This document shows positions 40,610 through 54,495 of a DNA stretch of 64,000 nt, piece by piece. This DNA comes from Octopus vulgaris (lineage: Eukaryota), in contig OX597819.1 in the NCBI GenBank assembly GCA_951406725.2, positions 53,134,001-53,198,000 of the forward strand, written 5' to 3'. Position numbers and translations under genes: made by a program. The notes below the pieces were generated by a model. It was not told the origin of the DNA, did no database searches, and worked only from the letters and a program-made list of their open reading frames with translations. Each line of letters opens with the position of its first letter. Position 1 is the stretch's first letter.

Positions 40610-41238
40610 AAGGCAAAAGAACATTTGAATTGAAGTCCAACAGATTGGTCGAATGTGTTGTGGTCAGACGAGTCAAAGTTCAACTTGTTCAGCAGTGATT
40701 GCAGGAAGCATGTAAAGAAGGCATATTTAGCAAAGAATATCATCCAGAATGCATCCAACCTACAATTAAGCACGGTGGTGGAAGTGTGATGGTGTGTGTG
40801 TGTGGGGGGGGGTGCATGTCTGGAAATGGCATTGGTCCTATAATCTGAATTAAGGATGTTATGGATAGTATGTCCTATCTAGAAGTATTGGATAAGACTA
40901 TGCTTCCATACACCTGAAAGCATTTGCGCCAATCTTTCCAGCATTACAACAATCCGAAACACACTTCGCATCTAGTCAGAGGTTATATTAAGCCTTAAAG
41001 AGTTCAATTGATGCAGTGGCCAGCGCAGTCACCCAACCTAAATCCCATTGAAAATCTTTGGGAAAGGTTGAGTAGATCTGTGCAAGGTCGTAAGCTAAAG
41101 AATAAGGATGATTTTTTTAAACATTATTTGCGAAAATCGTGAAAAAACACAAGAACAGTGATATATGATCTGACCAATTCTATGTTTCGCAAATGCAAAG
41201 CTGTATTAAGTAATTTTGGATACCCAACCAAATACTGA
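40610..41238 (+). pseudogene. Tc1-family (DD34E-type) transposase fossil, catalytic domain
   Basis: [70 protein letters not shown], with multiple stops and frameshifts. Confidence 0.95.
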
Positions 41239-41360
41239 TTATGTGAGCTTATTATTATTATTTCTTTTTTGGATCTCAGAATAAACTTTTTAAAGCAAAA
41301 AAAAATGATATTTTACAATTCGTTCTTAAATTAAATGGCGCTATAAATTATGATAATTAA

Positions 41361-42155
41361 CCCTTTGAGCCCGTAACACCGGTTTACCAGTGGATGACTT
41401 ATTTTTCTCTATACCATAGCACTGCTCTACCGGTGTAGTGCATCTGCACTGAAGTACGATGATTTATTTTTATCCATTCAGAATGCTCATTCACCCCTAG
41501 ACTATAGAATGATAAAACAACATGTCTGCTGCCTTTCTGAATTGAATGTGGCTTGTTTTGATGTCGAAATTAGAGTTTTTTCACCATGAAACAAAGTCAG
41601 CCTGAACTTCTGAACCAAAATGACAATGTAAGCAGTTGTTCACAGCTGCTGAAATGATCGCTCAATTAGATGAATTGAGTGAGTGAGAGGCAGAAAATGA
41701 TGAAGAATATCCTGCAAGTGATCTTGATTCAGTTTCTGTTCATCTCCAAAACACAGGCTGCTACTATCCACGTATTTCAGAGGATGGGTCTACAAACACA
41801 TTGCATGTTGTATGTGCCAAGAAGTACAACAAATTCAAATCAGAAAACCCCAGCGTTCCTTACAAGAATTATCCAGTCAAAGCTGTCAAATCAGCTGTCT
41901 GTTGCCAAGAATGCAAGGTTCATCTCTGCATCAAAAGAGGATCAACATACTGTACCGATTGGCATACCAAGGTGGAATATTGACACTAGGAGCCAGGTAG
42001 GCATCTCTGTTGTGTATTTGTGTTGTCAGAGTTTTATTGACATTGATATTTTTGCTTTGAGAGCTGTAATTGATACTAACTTAATTTTCAACTTATTTTG
42101 CTCAGGAAGCCAGGTATATGGTGAAATAAGGTTCAGGAGGTCAGGGCTCAAAGGG
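41361..42155 (+). mobile_element. Internally deleted piggyBac element nested in the Tc1
   Basis: TTAA-CCCTTTGAGCCC ... GGGCTCAAAGGG-TTAA (perfect 12-bp TIR); encodes a Cys-rich C-terminus (CQECKVHLCIKRGSTYCTDWH). Confidence 0.93.
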
Positions 42156-42679
42156 TTAATATTTATTTTTAATTTGAAATTAATATGTTGTTATTAGACT
42201 GTAAAGTTATATACCATATTAAAACTCGTGAAATGTTCTTTATTTACAACTTGAATATATAAAAAATGCCATTTTAACATTAGTATACTAGCATTCTTGA
42301 ATTGAATGGTGCCACTGTATCTGTGTTGTGTCCCCCCCATGAGGATTTTCTATACCATGGTCAATGACTGGATGGAAGACCAAAGAAGCAGAACTAAGAC
42401 CAGCTGAACACTACTTCCAAAAGGAGCAACATCAACCTATTAAGAGTAGATGGCACGTCTGTCTTGTAGTCACTTTCCTGAAGTGAGAGTGAAAATATGC
42501 AAACAAACAAAAAAAAAACATTCAGTACTACCAAGAGAAACAATAAAAGAAACTTGTATGCAAGTGTTACACCTGAACTCAGCAACCGTAACTGTCATTA
42601 TCAAAAGATCTATAAATGACAGAGCAGACTGGTCCTCCCAACTGGTACTGTCTTGTACCCATAGACAAAACCTATCAAC

Positions 42680-43027
42680 CTCATCATCATTTTAATGTTC
42701 ACTTTTCCAAGTTTGTGTGGGTCAGACAGTTTTTATTAAGGAAGATTTTTTACATCAACACTCACCTGTTCCCAGGCAAGGCAATATTTCCATTTCCCCA
42801 TAGTCAGGCATGTTTTTTTCATAATACAGGAAATGAATGGCACTATCTGTATGCCAGTATTACACACAGTTATCATGCAGTGCCAAGAAAAGGCAGCACA
42901 CACACACACACATTTCAGTTTACCAAATCTACTCAAAAGTCCTTAGTCAATGCAGGGTTATAGTAGTGGGACTGAACTCCAAACCATGTGGTTTGGAAGC
43001 AAACTTCTTAAACACACAGCCACATGA
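42680..43027 (-). mobile_element. Family-A SINE variant with RTE-type tail
   Basis: catcatcattttaatgttcacttttcc..gggactgaactccaaaccatgtgg. Confidence 0.7.
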
Positions 43028-43459
43028 GCTTGCTAAGTTAAAGATATGTACTGCAGGCTAAGAACAAATTTCCTCCATAAGCACCACTGTACAATTGAGA
43101 AGTGGATCATTAGTCTGTATTGTCAGGTTCAGTTCTTTTTGTGGAGAAAAAGCTTCTACAGTAGGACATAAGAAGCATCTCTAGTACTCAACCTCAAATT
43201 AGAGTCCTCCAACATGCTAACCTACACTGCCACTAGATTTGAACTTATAGCTGGTGTGCAACAAACCATTCCCTGTTAAATTCACTAGGATTCACCACTA
43301 GCTGATCATAGCCACAGGGAATTGCTATATACAAACATGCATACGTACGTACGTACGTATGTATATATGTATGTATGTACAAGAGAATCATTAATTTTAT
43401 ATTCTGACACCAATTTCCAGAAAAATACTTATATTCCTTTTCATATAAATGCATGAAAA

Positions 43460-44200
43460 TGATATTAAATACCCGCAAGCATCAGCAGTGAAAATATCCA
43501 AGGTTAAATGTAAAACGTCATGAACCAATGACAATATTGTTGAACTAATTTGAAAATAGCAATACTTTAAAACTACCAAAAGTGAAGGAGAGCAGATTTA
43601 TCATGGTGTGAAATTAACAGCTTATAACAGGATAACAATTGCAGTTGAAGATGATTAGATTCAAACGGTAAGCAACATTTGCACAAGTGTTGAAGAATAT
43701 TTTAATGGTATTTTCAAGTTTGCCTATTTTCGGAAAATATTGCTACACTTCTCAATAATTTTCCCCCAAGGCTATTAAATGAAAACTGTGGTTCTTTCGA
43801 AAACAATGTTGTTATTTAAGTTTGGGAATGCTTTCACAAGCTTTTGGTTAAAAATAAATGTCAAGTAGAGCAGATTGATAGTGAGTGGTTTATACTGAAA
43901 GCACACATGTTGCCACTAAGGACAACTAAATTGAAAATGTATTTGAACATTGCACAAAGAGTTTTTCAACACCAGATTATTGAAAGAAGATGATAAAAAT
44001 ATAGTTCACATCTTTGAAATTATGTTCATTATTCACCACAGTTGAACAAGTAAGTAAACTAAAAAAGTAGAAATGAACAGAATCAAACCCAATGTTCAAA
44101 ATAAAACTGGACAACACTTAAATAGATAATTGTATTGGATAGAATTTACTTACTCTACATAAATTTACCACTGCAGATGGATTAAATTTAGATCCAATGC
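43460..44200 (+). pseudogene. Degraded hAT transposase C-terminal half (ZNF862-like dimerisation region)
   Basis: EQIYHGVKL..NICTSVEEYF..QIDSEWFILK..KNIVHIFEIMFII..MNRIKPNVQN resembles the hATC pattern EWxxLK..NIxxLxEIxxxxP..MNRIKTxxRN. Confidence 0.6.
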
Positions 44201-46733
44201 TGCATTTGTAACTTTTCGTATGGAAACATCAATTACACTCCAAACAGTGCACATTCATAGCCCTCAGTGTTAGAAATAACTTTTGGTAACCTTCTAATTG
44301 CTTTTTCTATAGAATTTTAGAGTCTCAAAGTTATTCTGCAGGTCGACATTAAACCTGATGTTACTTGAGGATATGGCACTTAGTTCTGCACCAAAATATA
44401 TGAAAGAGTCACATCAAATTTGGACAAGCATCACAACAGCAAACATTCCAATAATTTATCCATCAAACACACACATACGCATGCACGCGCATGTGATACT
44501 TCGCCCAGAGAATTATCTATGAAGTGTCTTATGGTCTGAGAGTCCATTTATTAACTTTTTTTTTGTCTTTATAATCTTAAAATGCTGAAATAAAAATAAT
44601 AAACCAAATTCTGAAATTTTCTCTAACCACAAGTATCATATCCTGTTTTGTCATCTGGGATGAAAATGAACTTTCTTGTCCGAGGATACAGAACAGTAAC
44701 TGATACACAACTGATGAACTAGGAACAAGAAAGTAGCCCTTTTATAAATTAATCTAATGAGACAAAAGTAAGGCATAGTGTAACCTAGAAGGTTGAGATC
44801 ATATCAGTAAGCTTTATGTATTCTTACTAACAGTTACATGCTATCATCATCATTAACATCCATTATCCATGCTGGCATGGCTTGGATGGTTTCACAGGAT
44901 CTGGCAAGGTGCAAGGCTGTATTGAACTCCAATGTCAGCTTTAGCATTGTTTCTACAACTAGATGTCCTTCCTAATGTCAACCACTTTACAGTGTATACT
45001 GGGTGCACTTTTTTTTTCTTTTTTGTGCCCTCAGCACTAGTGAGGTAACTAGAAAGACAAGAATAAGAAAAGGAAATTGGGGAAAACCCTCACAACTAGG
45101 GGGTGGGAGTAATTGTGATGGGGAGGTAACTTTGTGCCAGGTGTTGGGAGATTAAAGTATGAGTCTTTGTGTGTGTGTGTGTGTGTGTGTGAGATGACAC
45201 TGACATACCATAATGATTATGATAAGTAGGATTAAAAGTGGAATTTCATAAGAAATTCAATTTAGCTGGAAAAATAAGTCAAGAAAGAAATAAACTTTCA
45301 TAAAAACAAAAATAATGGATACATAAAGCTAAGCCCACAGAAACATTTAGTTTTAACAACCAAATCAGTTCTCTGAGAAGGCTTATTCATGGGAGAGAGA
45401 TAAATTGAAGACATAAAACCAGTTTGATAATTGAAATGAAAAATAAATATTGTTGATGATACATTCCATTTATATATACAGGAACCAAAAATAATTAAAA
45501 CAGCAATTTTCAATCATCATTTCAAGACTAAAAAGCTCTATGAGAAAAAATAAATGAATAAAAGGAGACAAGAAGAAAAAGAACAGTGAATGATAGTATT
45601 TAATCCAAGCATCAATATAAATGAATAAATGAATAACAAATATGCCTGCCCATTGGCCCAATAATATACTGTTTTATCAAAGGAAGTGAAGTAATTTATT
45701 TTCAGTCCTCCACTATTCACATAAGATGAAAACATCCGTTATTCATATTACATATGGGATTAGATCTTTTTTTTCCTTCTAAATTCTCATTGATACAAGA
45801 ATAGCTATAGTACCCCATAAAATTTTGCCACAGCTCAATTAGGAAAGCAAGATTATAAGTCAATTAAACTGCAAATAATTCTGTAAATGTTTAAAGTTTC
45901 AAGAAATGGAAATAAATTCCGACACAAACAAGAAATAAAACACAAAAACATTTACATTATTTAACTTTAAACTACAAAAATAGAATAGCAAAAAGAAAAA
46001 AAAGAATACAAAAAGACTAGCATTTGATATATAATGAAACATACACACATACACATATATATATATACACGGTAAATTTGCAGAGATCAAGAGAGTTATA
46101 TGCCTGGCAATCATTTTCTAGTTATTGACAGTAATTTGGTGAATTGCCTATCCGAACAGAAATGGTTTGCATAATCAATTTCTTGCTTCATTCCCTCCAC
46201 AATTTAACACCAACTTCCATTAACTCAAAAACATTACTTGCTCGCTCGCTTTCTATACCCTCTCTTTCTCTGTCTCTACCCTCTCCTCAAAATCTACTCC
46301 CACACCTTCATTCTTAGCAGGGAGAGATTTTCATATCCATCTTACATCCTACAGCATTATCAGAGGAATCATTATTAACAGTCTTGCAAATAATTAATTT
46401 CTAGGAGTGACTGAAATCACATAAATGATAAAGGCTATCACTGGCAGTGGTGGTGATGGTACTGTTGTTGTTGTTGTGGTGGTGGTGGTGGTTGGAGTGG
46501 TGATGAAAAAAGGTGGTGGGATGTCTAATTTGGTAGCCATACATTCATGATAGAAATAAAGAATTGTTGTCAAATGAGTATGCTGAAGATGATAGAGATA
46601 ATTAATTAACAATTACATGTCTAAACTGCTTCTAGAGACATTAGTCTAAAGTGTTGTTTACAGAAGGACAGCTTGGTGGTGGACATTGAAACTATTACCA
46701 AGTCAAAACAATTCCAACCAAAATTAAAACAAA

Positions 46734-46734
<1 letters not shown>

Positions 46735-46778
<44 letters not shown>

Positions 46779-46800
46779 CAGCAGCAGCAGCAGCAGCAGC
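46735..46800. repeat. (TAG)n(CAG)n compound trinucleotide repeat
   Basis: Direct reading. Confidence 0.95.
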
Positions 46801-47224
46801 ATTGGTAATAACAGCATCGGCAGTGTGAGATTTAGTTTTAATAACTTTAAGAGAAATCTTGTTGTTTGCGGATGCTGGGAGGTGGGAGGAGTAATCGACA
46901 GGCATGATAATACAACGGATGTCTTTCTCATGGAAGCCAACTATAATACACATCTTTTGTATATAAAATGCAAGATAAAGTTACAATTACTCCATCAGCT
47001 AAGGGGTCACAGGAAGTAGGAAGAGAAAAAAAGGTAAAATGAGAAAAAAAATCCCCTGCTCCACTTTATACACACATCACCATCATCATCAGCAGCAGCA
47101 ACAACATCACCATCATCAGCAGCAGCAGCGACAACATCACCATCAACTCCTGTCTTGAGTCCTAGAACTTGAAGGGAAAGTTACCGGATTTCCAAGGTGT
47201 ATCAATAACAGAGGTGACAACATT

Positions 47225-47402
47225 CCCAATTGAACGAGATACCAGTCTGTCATAAGGTTCATCATTTACAGGTGAGTGGTGTGAAGTAATGTGAAATAAA
47301 GTGTTTTGCTCAAGAACATAATGCACCACCTAGTCTGGGAATCTAAGTCACAATCTTGTGATTGTGAGTGCAACACCCTAACAACTAGGCCATGAACCTT
47401 CA
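47225..47402 (-). mobile_element. Older family-B-related SINE head
   Basis: gaaggttcatggcctagttgttaggg..gttcttgagcaaaacactttatttcac, similar to 7080-7219. Confidence 0.75.
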
Positions 47403-47798
47403 ACATACATGCTTCGCTGCTATACAAATAGGGACATGCACATATGGACAAGTATGCATATGTGTATCTCTCTCCCTGTCTCTCTCTCTCTTACACACAC
47501 ACACACACTATATACATGTGTACTCATAGAATGAAAATTTAAGATGAAAATTGAATTTAAAGATGTAGAATGACTGCCAAATTATCATTGCAAAAGACAA
47601 ATTGATTGTCAAAAACTATACAAGAGTCCCAAAATAAAAACTCCGCCAGAAGTTTCAATACTGGTGCAGAAATATAAGGATGAAATCAATGTATCAAGTG
47701 GAACAGCTTAAACTGAGATGAAATTGTCCCTGAAATCCTCCCAGGGTCAACCTGTTTGGTGGGTGAATGAAAATTCCAATGTATCTATAAGATCCAAA

Positions 47799-48240
47799 TA
47801 GACACAAATATGACTTTGTGGTTAAGAAGCTTGCATTACAACCACATGGTTTTGAGTTCAGTCCCACTGCACAGTGCCTTGAGCAAGTGTCTTCTATTAT
47901 AGCTCCAAACCAACTAATACCTTGTAAGTGAATTTGGAAGATAGAAACTGTGTAGACGCCTGTTGTGTATATATGTATACACATATACACATGGTGTGTG
48001 TGTGCATCTTTACACCTGTGTCTGTCACCCATACCATTTGACAGCCAGTTTTGGTCTGTTTACTACATCCATTTAACTTAGCAGTTCAGCAAAAAAAAAA
48101 AAAGAGAGAAATAGAATAAGTACCGGACTCATAAAACAAAATACCTGGGTCTATCTGTTGAACTAAAACTCCTCAAGCCAGTGCCTCAGTATGGCTGCAG
48201 ACCAAAGATTGAAACAAGTAAAAGATGGAAAATAAAGATA
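47799..48240 (+). mobile_element. Family-A SINE
   Basis: gtggttaagaagcttgc..gagttcagtcccactgc..gaaacaagtaaaaga. Confidence 0.85.
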
Positions 48241-49976
48241 TTAAAGCAACTAGAGAGAAGGAATTAATGGAAATGAAAATGTGAACAGAGACAGGTTAAA
48301 AAAAAGTTCAGATCGGTAAACTGTCTTGGTGGTCAGCTCTGTTTGAAATAATTAAAATATAACTGAATGTTGGCACCCTATTTTATCTCAAGAAGCACCA
48401 CCAAACTTCCCTTGTCAACACAGGCTGACCCTACTTGGCTACAAATTTTAGTAACTCTAGGTTAGTTAAAATATGTTTGCGACATATTTCAACTTCAAAA
48501 GGCAAGCTTACTGTTATTCCCTTATGGTAAAACATGTAGAATCATCATACCTGCCTAGTGTTGCCCTCTGTTGTCTGAGAATCCAAGAGAGCAACACTGC
48601 TCAGACATGGTGAATTAGCACCTTTTAACCACAAGTGAGCCACCCCACCTCAATGGTAACTGCAGTGAATTTGCCTGGAGAAGTTGAAATGTGTAACAAA
48701 CATATTTTAACTAACCTAAAGTTCACCACTGCTTGGTACTTGTTCTGTAGGTTTCCACAATTCATACTGCAAATACATACACACAATAATAACCAGTTTA
48801 ATAGTCATCTCAACTAAAATCTTTGTTGCAGGGAATAACCGAAGAATCACCAATTTGGTTGTCTAGCTATTAATCAGTCTTGTAGGAATGCAGTTCTAAG
48901 ACTTAAGACTTAGACACATGGTTTCCATTTAACAACATAATAGGATTATAGGAAGACGAAAAAAGAAAACAAAGAGGAAAGAAGAAACAAATGCTTTCAT
49001 TGTGACTGGCTCGTGGATAAGGTGATTCCATATAGCGAAGAATCAAAAACATATATCCTGTCAGTGGCACTGAGCCATGTAAAAGGTATAAAGCACCGAC
49101 TCACTGTTGTACCAACCCACTTAGTTAGCAGCAGAGTGAAATTACTTGATACAGGATGCTAAAATAACCGAGAGCTAATGAGTTTTACAGTGTAGAAATG
49201 GAAACCTTCTTAATATGTAAAATGAATCAATATCTATTGCAAAATGTATTTCTTTTGCAAATTCTCTGACCAATTACTAACTTTTAACATGTCAAATATA
49301 CATTAAATTACACAGACATTAACACACACGCACACATATATATTATATATGTTTTGCTCCAGTTCTTTATTTTTTCTTTTTTTTTTTGTAAGCTTTAAGA
49401 CGTTATTCATATATCAATAAAAATGTTAATACAAATTCCTCCGCCCATTGCCTGTTCCTATCATGCAGTAACTGGAGAAGAATGTCAATGGAAAATAAAC
49501 CTATCTCTCTTATTCTTTTACTTACCTACCACCTATCTCCTGAGCTAACTACCAGCCATATGATCACTCTCTCCCTCTCTGATGTCATGACAGAATATTA
49601 GGTGAGCAACTTCTTTCAATCATTAAATTGATTGTTGTATCTCACACACACACAACATAAAAGGGGAATTGAAATAAATCAAACTCTTCAGTTGCTGCTG
49701 CTTTTGTTTTTTATATTTTAAATAAATCTAATTGCATTTTGTTTTAAAAGGCACACATATATACATGTAAAGAAGTCATAATTACACACAAACACCTGCA
49801 TATAATTATACACAGACACACACACACACACACAAAGATACATACACAAATATAAACATACAGATATACATGTGTGCGGATATTATATATTATATACATA
49901 CACACACGTGTATGTATGCATATATATTTATATATATGCACACACACTTGCATAAGATGTATATAACTCTCTCTCA

Positions 49977-50020
<44 letters not shown>

Positions 50021-50052
50021 TAAAGATAAATACAAGAGGTATACATGCACGC

Positions 50053-50104
<52 letters not shown>

Positions 50105-50350
50105 TCATATTATACGCTCACATGCTTATATATTTACATGCATATATGTGAGCATGCGTGCACATGCAGATGCACACACTTTTTCTATATACACATGCAC
50201 TTACTACATAAAGATAACATCACAATGCAAACATAGATCATTGCTTGCAGGGGGTTTCTAAGCTAAAATATTGATTTTTAAACCATATTCCAGAATACAT
50301 CTCAAATCCAAAAATACTCCTTTTATTCTTTTTTCTGCTTTGTTTTTTTG

Positions 50351-50403
<53 letters not shown>

Positions 50404-50777
50404 TTATTCCTACAGACTCATTCCAATAGCATATTTCCTAATAATGGCATTTATAGTTCCAGACTTTAAAAGAATCTCTAAATAATTGCTCCTAACAATA
50501 GTAATTTTGCAAAAAATATTGCTGCTCAAACAACAAATAAAGACAAAAAGTAGAAGAAATAAAATAAAAAAAGATATGGCAATAATTTTATACATTATAC
50601 ACACGCGCACACACACACAATATATATATATATATATACATATTTATATACATACATAAATATACATATACATACATAAATATACATATATACATACATT
50701 ATATATATATACACATACATATATAAACATATACATATAAACATACATATACATACAGTTTATATATATATATATAT

Positions 50778-50810
<33 letters not shown>

Positions 50811-51139
50811 AAAACATACACACACACACACACACACACACACTTATATACACATATACACACAAATACACATAAATGCACATACAGTTATACACCCACA
50901 CATTTGTGTGTGTGTGTGTGTGCTTGTGCATGTAAGTTTGTGCACATGAAAGTTTATTTGCCTCTCTTTCTCTCAGAGTATATGTACAACACACACACAC
51001 ACACACACACACACATACTCACTCTCAAACATATATACACACGCATCTCTATTAAACTGTCCACTGCCCTTTTCTGAAACAAACCAACTGCATTTCTCTA
51101 CCTCATCCTGCCTATCATTTTACGTAATAGATTTTGTTA

Positions 51140-51510
51140 GTCAGCCTATGTTTGTGCTAAAACTGAGACAGTTTAGAATCTTCTCGTCCAGTGTGCAGTC
51201 ATTGGAAATGATGCTGCCAAGGTATTTGAAGCAGGAGAGTGTGATTAGTTGCTGCTGGTGTACTGAGAAAGTGGAGAGGAGAGAGGGTTTGTGTAATGTG
51301 CTATTATTGACAGCTGATCTCAGTTTTCTGGAAGTTAACTCTCGGAGTGATCTTTTTTTTTTTGTGATGCAGTAATAACTACTGAAATAGTGATTTGTAG
51401 GGCTTCTCGAGTGTCAGCTACAACAGCAAACATCAGCAAACTGTAGGCCAATGATGAGTTTGGATCTGAGCTTTATAGTGGTTTGCAGTCTTCAGATGTT
51501 GAAAAGGTCT
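51140..51510 (-). pseudogene. RTE (BovB-like) LINE reverse-transcriptase fossil
   Basis: Minus-strand translation FNI*RLQ..GLQFADVC..VNFQKTE..CFKYLGSIISNDCTLDEKI matches FADD and FKYLGSxI motifs. Confidence 0.8.
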
Positions 51511-51532
51511 TCTTCCTTGGCTCCTATACAGC

Positions 51533-51765
51533 CAGTTAGTTACCAGGGTCCACATAAGATTTTGTTGTTAAAATTTGTGCAATAAACTGGTTATACTTCT
51601 ATAATACACAAAATATTTTAACAATTCTTTTTGCACAATTCCGATTAATAGTTAATTATTAAAATGTAATAGGATTTTTTAAATATCGAATATCCACAAG
51701 AGTCAATGCAAGCAAAATAAGAATCAAAGTGGGTTCATAGGTAAAAATTAGTTGCAAGACATTGA
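51533..51765 (-). mobile_element. Older copy of the hAT MITE at 29922
   Basis: gggtccacataagattttgttgttaaaatttgtgcaataaactggttatacttct is the reverse complement of the 30071-30184 region. Confidence 0.75.
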
Positions 51766-52199
51766 TTTAGACCATAGTCCTTGCCTAGTTGAGAGAACAA
51801 TGAAATGGTTAAAGAGATAGCTAAAAACCATTTTAAAGAGGAGTGACATCAATGTTTCAAGAGTAGATGGCATCGCTACTATTTACTTGGACATTCTTGC
51901 TACTTGGTGAGAGATTTATAATACAGAGGTGAAATGCACACAGCATTAGTGTGCACAAGCAGGAAAAGACAAGCATACATATTAATACCTCTTTAACACC
52001 GCTTTAACTGAATAGGTAGCAAACTCAAAGAACTGAGAGAGCATTGGATGAAATGTTTTGTAGCATTTGTTCTGACTTTCGGTGTTCTGAGTTCAAATCC
52101 TGCCCCTACAAGGGTTAACTTTAGTTGCATAAGACACTAGAAAAGTTAATATGTGAAACATTGAGACGCTGCATATTGTATATTGCATTTCCAAAGAAC

Positions 52200-52540
52200 A
52201 ACTGAGCCTCAAGAAATAATCTTCAGGCTTTTACTTGCTTATTAAGGGACTTGGTATGGGTCGTGCTTTGAGAGACAAAAACAAAATAGCTCTGAAATGA
52301 TACAAATGTGTCGACAATAGGTAAAAACAGGATCAGTGACAGAATAAGACACAGACGCTGGAACTGGATCGAAGATGTCCTCTGATAAGATCAAGAAAGC
52401 AATTGCATGGTGTCACTAAAGTGACAGTCTGAAGGGAAAAGCGCAGTAGGGCACCCTAAAATCACATGGTAAAGGTGGAATGAAATTAGAATAATGGCAG
52501 AAAACAGAACTAGTTAGAGAGACTGTCTCACGGCACCGAG
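52200..52540 (+). mobile_element. RTE LINE 3' fossil
   Basis: EGKSAVGHPKITW..WNEIRIMAENRTS resembles GKRxxGRPKxTW..AxDRxxW. Confidence 0.55.
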
Positions 52541-52834
52541 AGAACTAACAAAAGCAAAATAACAGCTTGCTGGATAAATTGTAGCTACATTACTAGAAAT
52601 TATCAGGAGAAAATTATAAACTGCCAAACATGATGGTTGCTGAAATATTTGAGAAGATTGATAATAACTGACTGAGATTTACTGACAACAGAACAAGTCA
52701 AGTGAGCTTTCACAAATTAGATTAAACTTATATCTTCTCATCCATCCCACCAAAGAAGAAAGACACAAATCCTCTTTTGAAAGATCAAACTTGATTGTGA
52801 CTTTGTCTTTTATATGTGTGTGTATATTATCAAA

Positions 52835-53215
52835 ACATCTACATTTCCATGCTTAAATGGGTCAGACAAATTACTGAAGCAGATGTTTTATTATGGCCAG
52901 ATACCCTTCTTGTTGCCAACCTTTATCTGTTTCCAAGCAAGGTATTATTTACCCATGGCCAGACATGCCTTTCCTTTTTCTCCGGAATAATGGTAATGAA
53001 TAACATTCTTTTGCAAACAATCATGCAATGTCAAGTAAAAGAGGCACACAAAGACACACATTGACACTCACAAGTATATACAGCAGGTTTCTTTCAGTTT
53101 CTGCCTACCAAATCCACTCACAAGCTGCAGGGTAACCAAAAGACATTTGCCCAAAATACATGCAGTGGGACTGAACTAAAAACCATGCGGTTATGAAGCA
53201 ACTTAACCACACATC
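52835..53215 (-). mobile_element. Family-A SINE variant
   Basis: ttccatgcttaaatgggtcagac..ctttcagtttctgcctaccaaatccactcacaag..gggactgaac. Confidence 0.75.
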
Positions 53216-53592
53216 TGTGTATGTGTGTGTGTCTCTCCCTCTATGTTTGTATGTATGTGTATATATATATATATATTACTGGCTTTAGTCAATGAACTAT
53301 TGACATGTTGAAACAACTTCAACCGATTTAGTCATCAACCTTATTACTCATTTCAGTTTGGTATTTTATTTTATTGGTATCTATTTCACAATATGCTAAG
53401 TTGTGGAATATAGAGGGACAGAACACCAGTTTATGTAAGTGGTACACACACACACAGAGGCTTCTGCACTATTTCCAGCTATCAAATTTCATACAGAAGC
53501 TAAGTGTCAACCCAAGGCACAGCTGAGTTGAATGTGAAACATAACATGATTGCAAAGTAAGCTTCTTATGCACGTGTGTGTGTTTGTTTTTA

Positions 53593-53802
53593 CAAATGGG
53601 TGTTAAAAAGTTCCTGGATTTGGGTAAAAGAAAATATAGGAAGATCAGTTAATAATGATTTTATTCACCATATTCCCCTCTCAGATTCACACACTTATTG
53701 CAGCAGTCCTTCAATTTTTCTAAGCCCTGTAAAAGAACTCAGAAGGTTGGGCCTCCAACTAGGCCTTTTGCGATATCCAGCAACTTTTCAGCACCTCCTC
53801 AA
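53593..53802 (-). mobile_element. mariner-derived MITE retaining the transposase C-terminus
   Basis: TIR-like gggtgttaaaaagttcctgg / ccagcaacttttcagcacc; minus strand LLQGLEKLKDCCNKCVNLRGEYGE* resembles the mariner end GIxKLxxRWxKCVxxxGEYVE. Confidence 0.8.
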
Positions 53803-54176
53803 ACATCTGTTTTTCTATGTGAGCATGGGTTACATGCATATATAATTGGGATGTTGTCTTTTTTTACAGCAGAATGTCCTTTCTGACACTGACCAAAAAA
53901 AAGATCTCATATTCCATGTTTTTGAAGGCAGATATTGAGCAATGGTTTGTTATTTTCAAAAATGACAATAACACTGTTCATAGTTCAAGCCTTTCATGGA
54001 GCACAAGCCTAAATAAACACACACACATACACACACACACAAAGACAACAGGCTTCTTTCAGTTTCCATCCACTAAATTCACTCACAAGACTTTGTTCAG
54101 CCCAGGGCTACAGCAGAAAATCATGTGGTTGGGAAGCAAAGTTATCAACCACACAATCATGCCCACACACATACAT

Positions 54177-54241
<65 letters not shown>

Positions 54242-54495
54242 TGCTGACAGAAGAGAGTGGGGTGTTAAGGAGGAGAACAGAAAATATATCTTCCACACAC
54301 ACATACACACATTACCTTTGCCCAAGTTTAACTATATTGCTGTCACTCCATCGGCAACACAACCAAGTGATTCTCACATTACCAATAGCCCAAACACAAA
54401 AGTTGGCATTCATGGAGATCTGCCTTTATCAAGATGAGAGTAAGACAATTGTCTCAACATCTCAAGTTCTTATCTACTTCCTCATCTACACTTAC

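Larger units (their letters stand above)
40610..42317 (+). mobile_element. 5'-truncated Tc1 element whose right end is ..GCCACTG|TA
   Basis: Transposase fossil, AT-rich 3' region and canonical CACTG-TA terminus at 42313-42319. Confidence 0.75.

Noticed and set aside
39603-40773. Longest ORFs (245-336 aa), and similar ones at 25260-27851
   Set aside because: YI/CV/HT/LS dipeptide read-through of microsatellites
41679-42197. 172-aa ORF with a signal-peptide-like start
   Set aside because: Off-frame overlap of the piggyBac remnant; it runs through the TIR
46681-46731. Minus-strand peptide FNFGWNCFDLVIVSMS resembles the voltage-gated Na/Ca channel S3 motif (GWNxFDxxIVxxS)
   Set aside because: No AG acceptor between the motif and 46845, so an exon would have to include poly-Ala/poly-Thr repeat. 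No U12 branch site and no S4 continuation. Likely a chance product of T-rich sequence.
47075-47145. 30-bp unit repeated about 2.3 times (CAT/CAG/CAA)
   Set aside because: Compound trinucleotide slippage with no spacers and no cas genes; not CRISPR and no exon support
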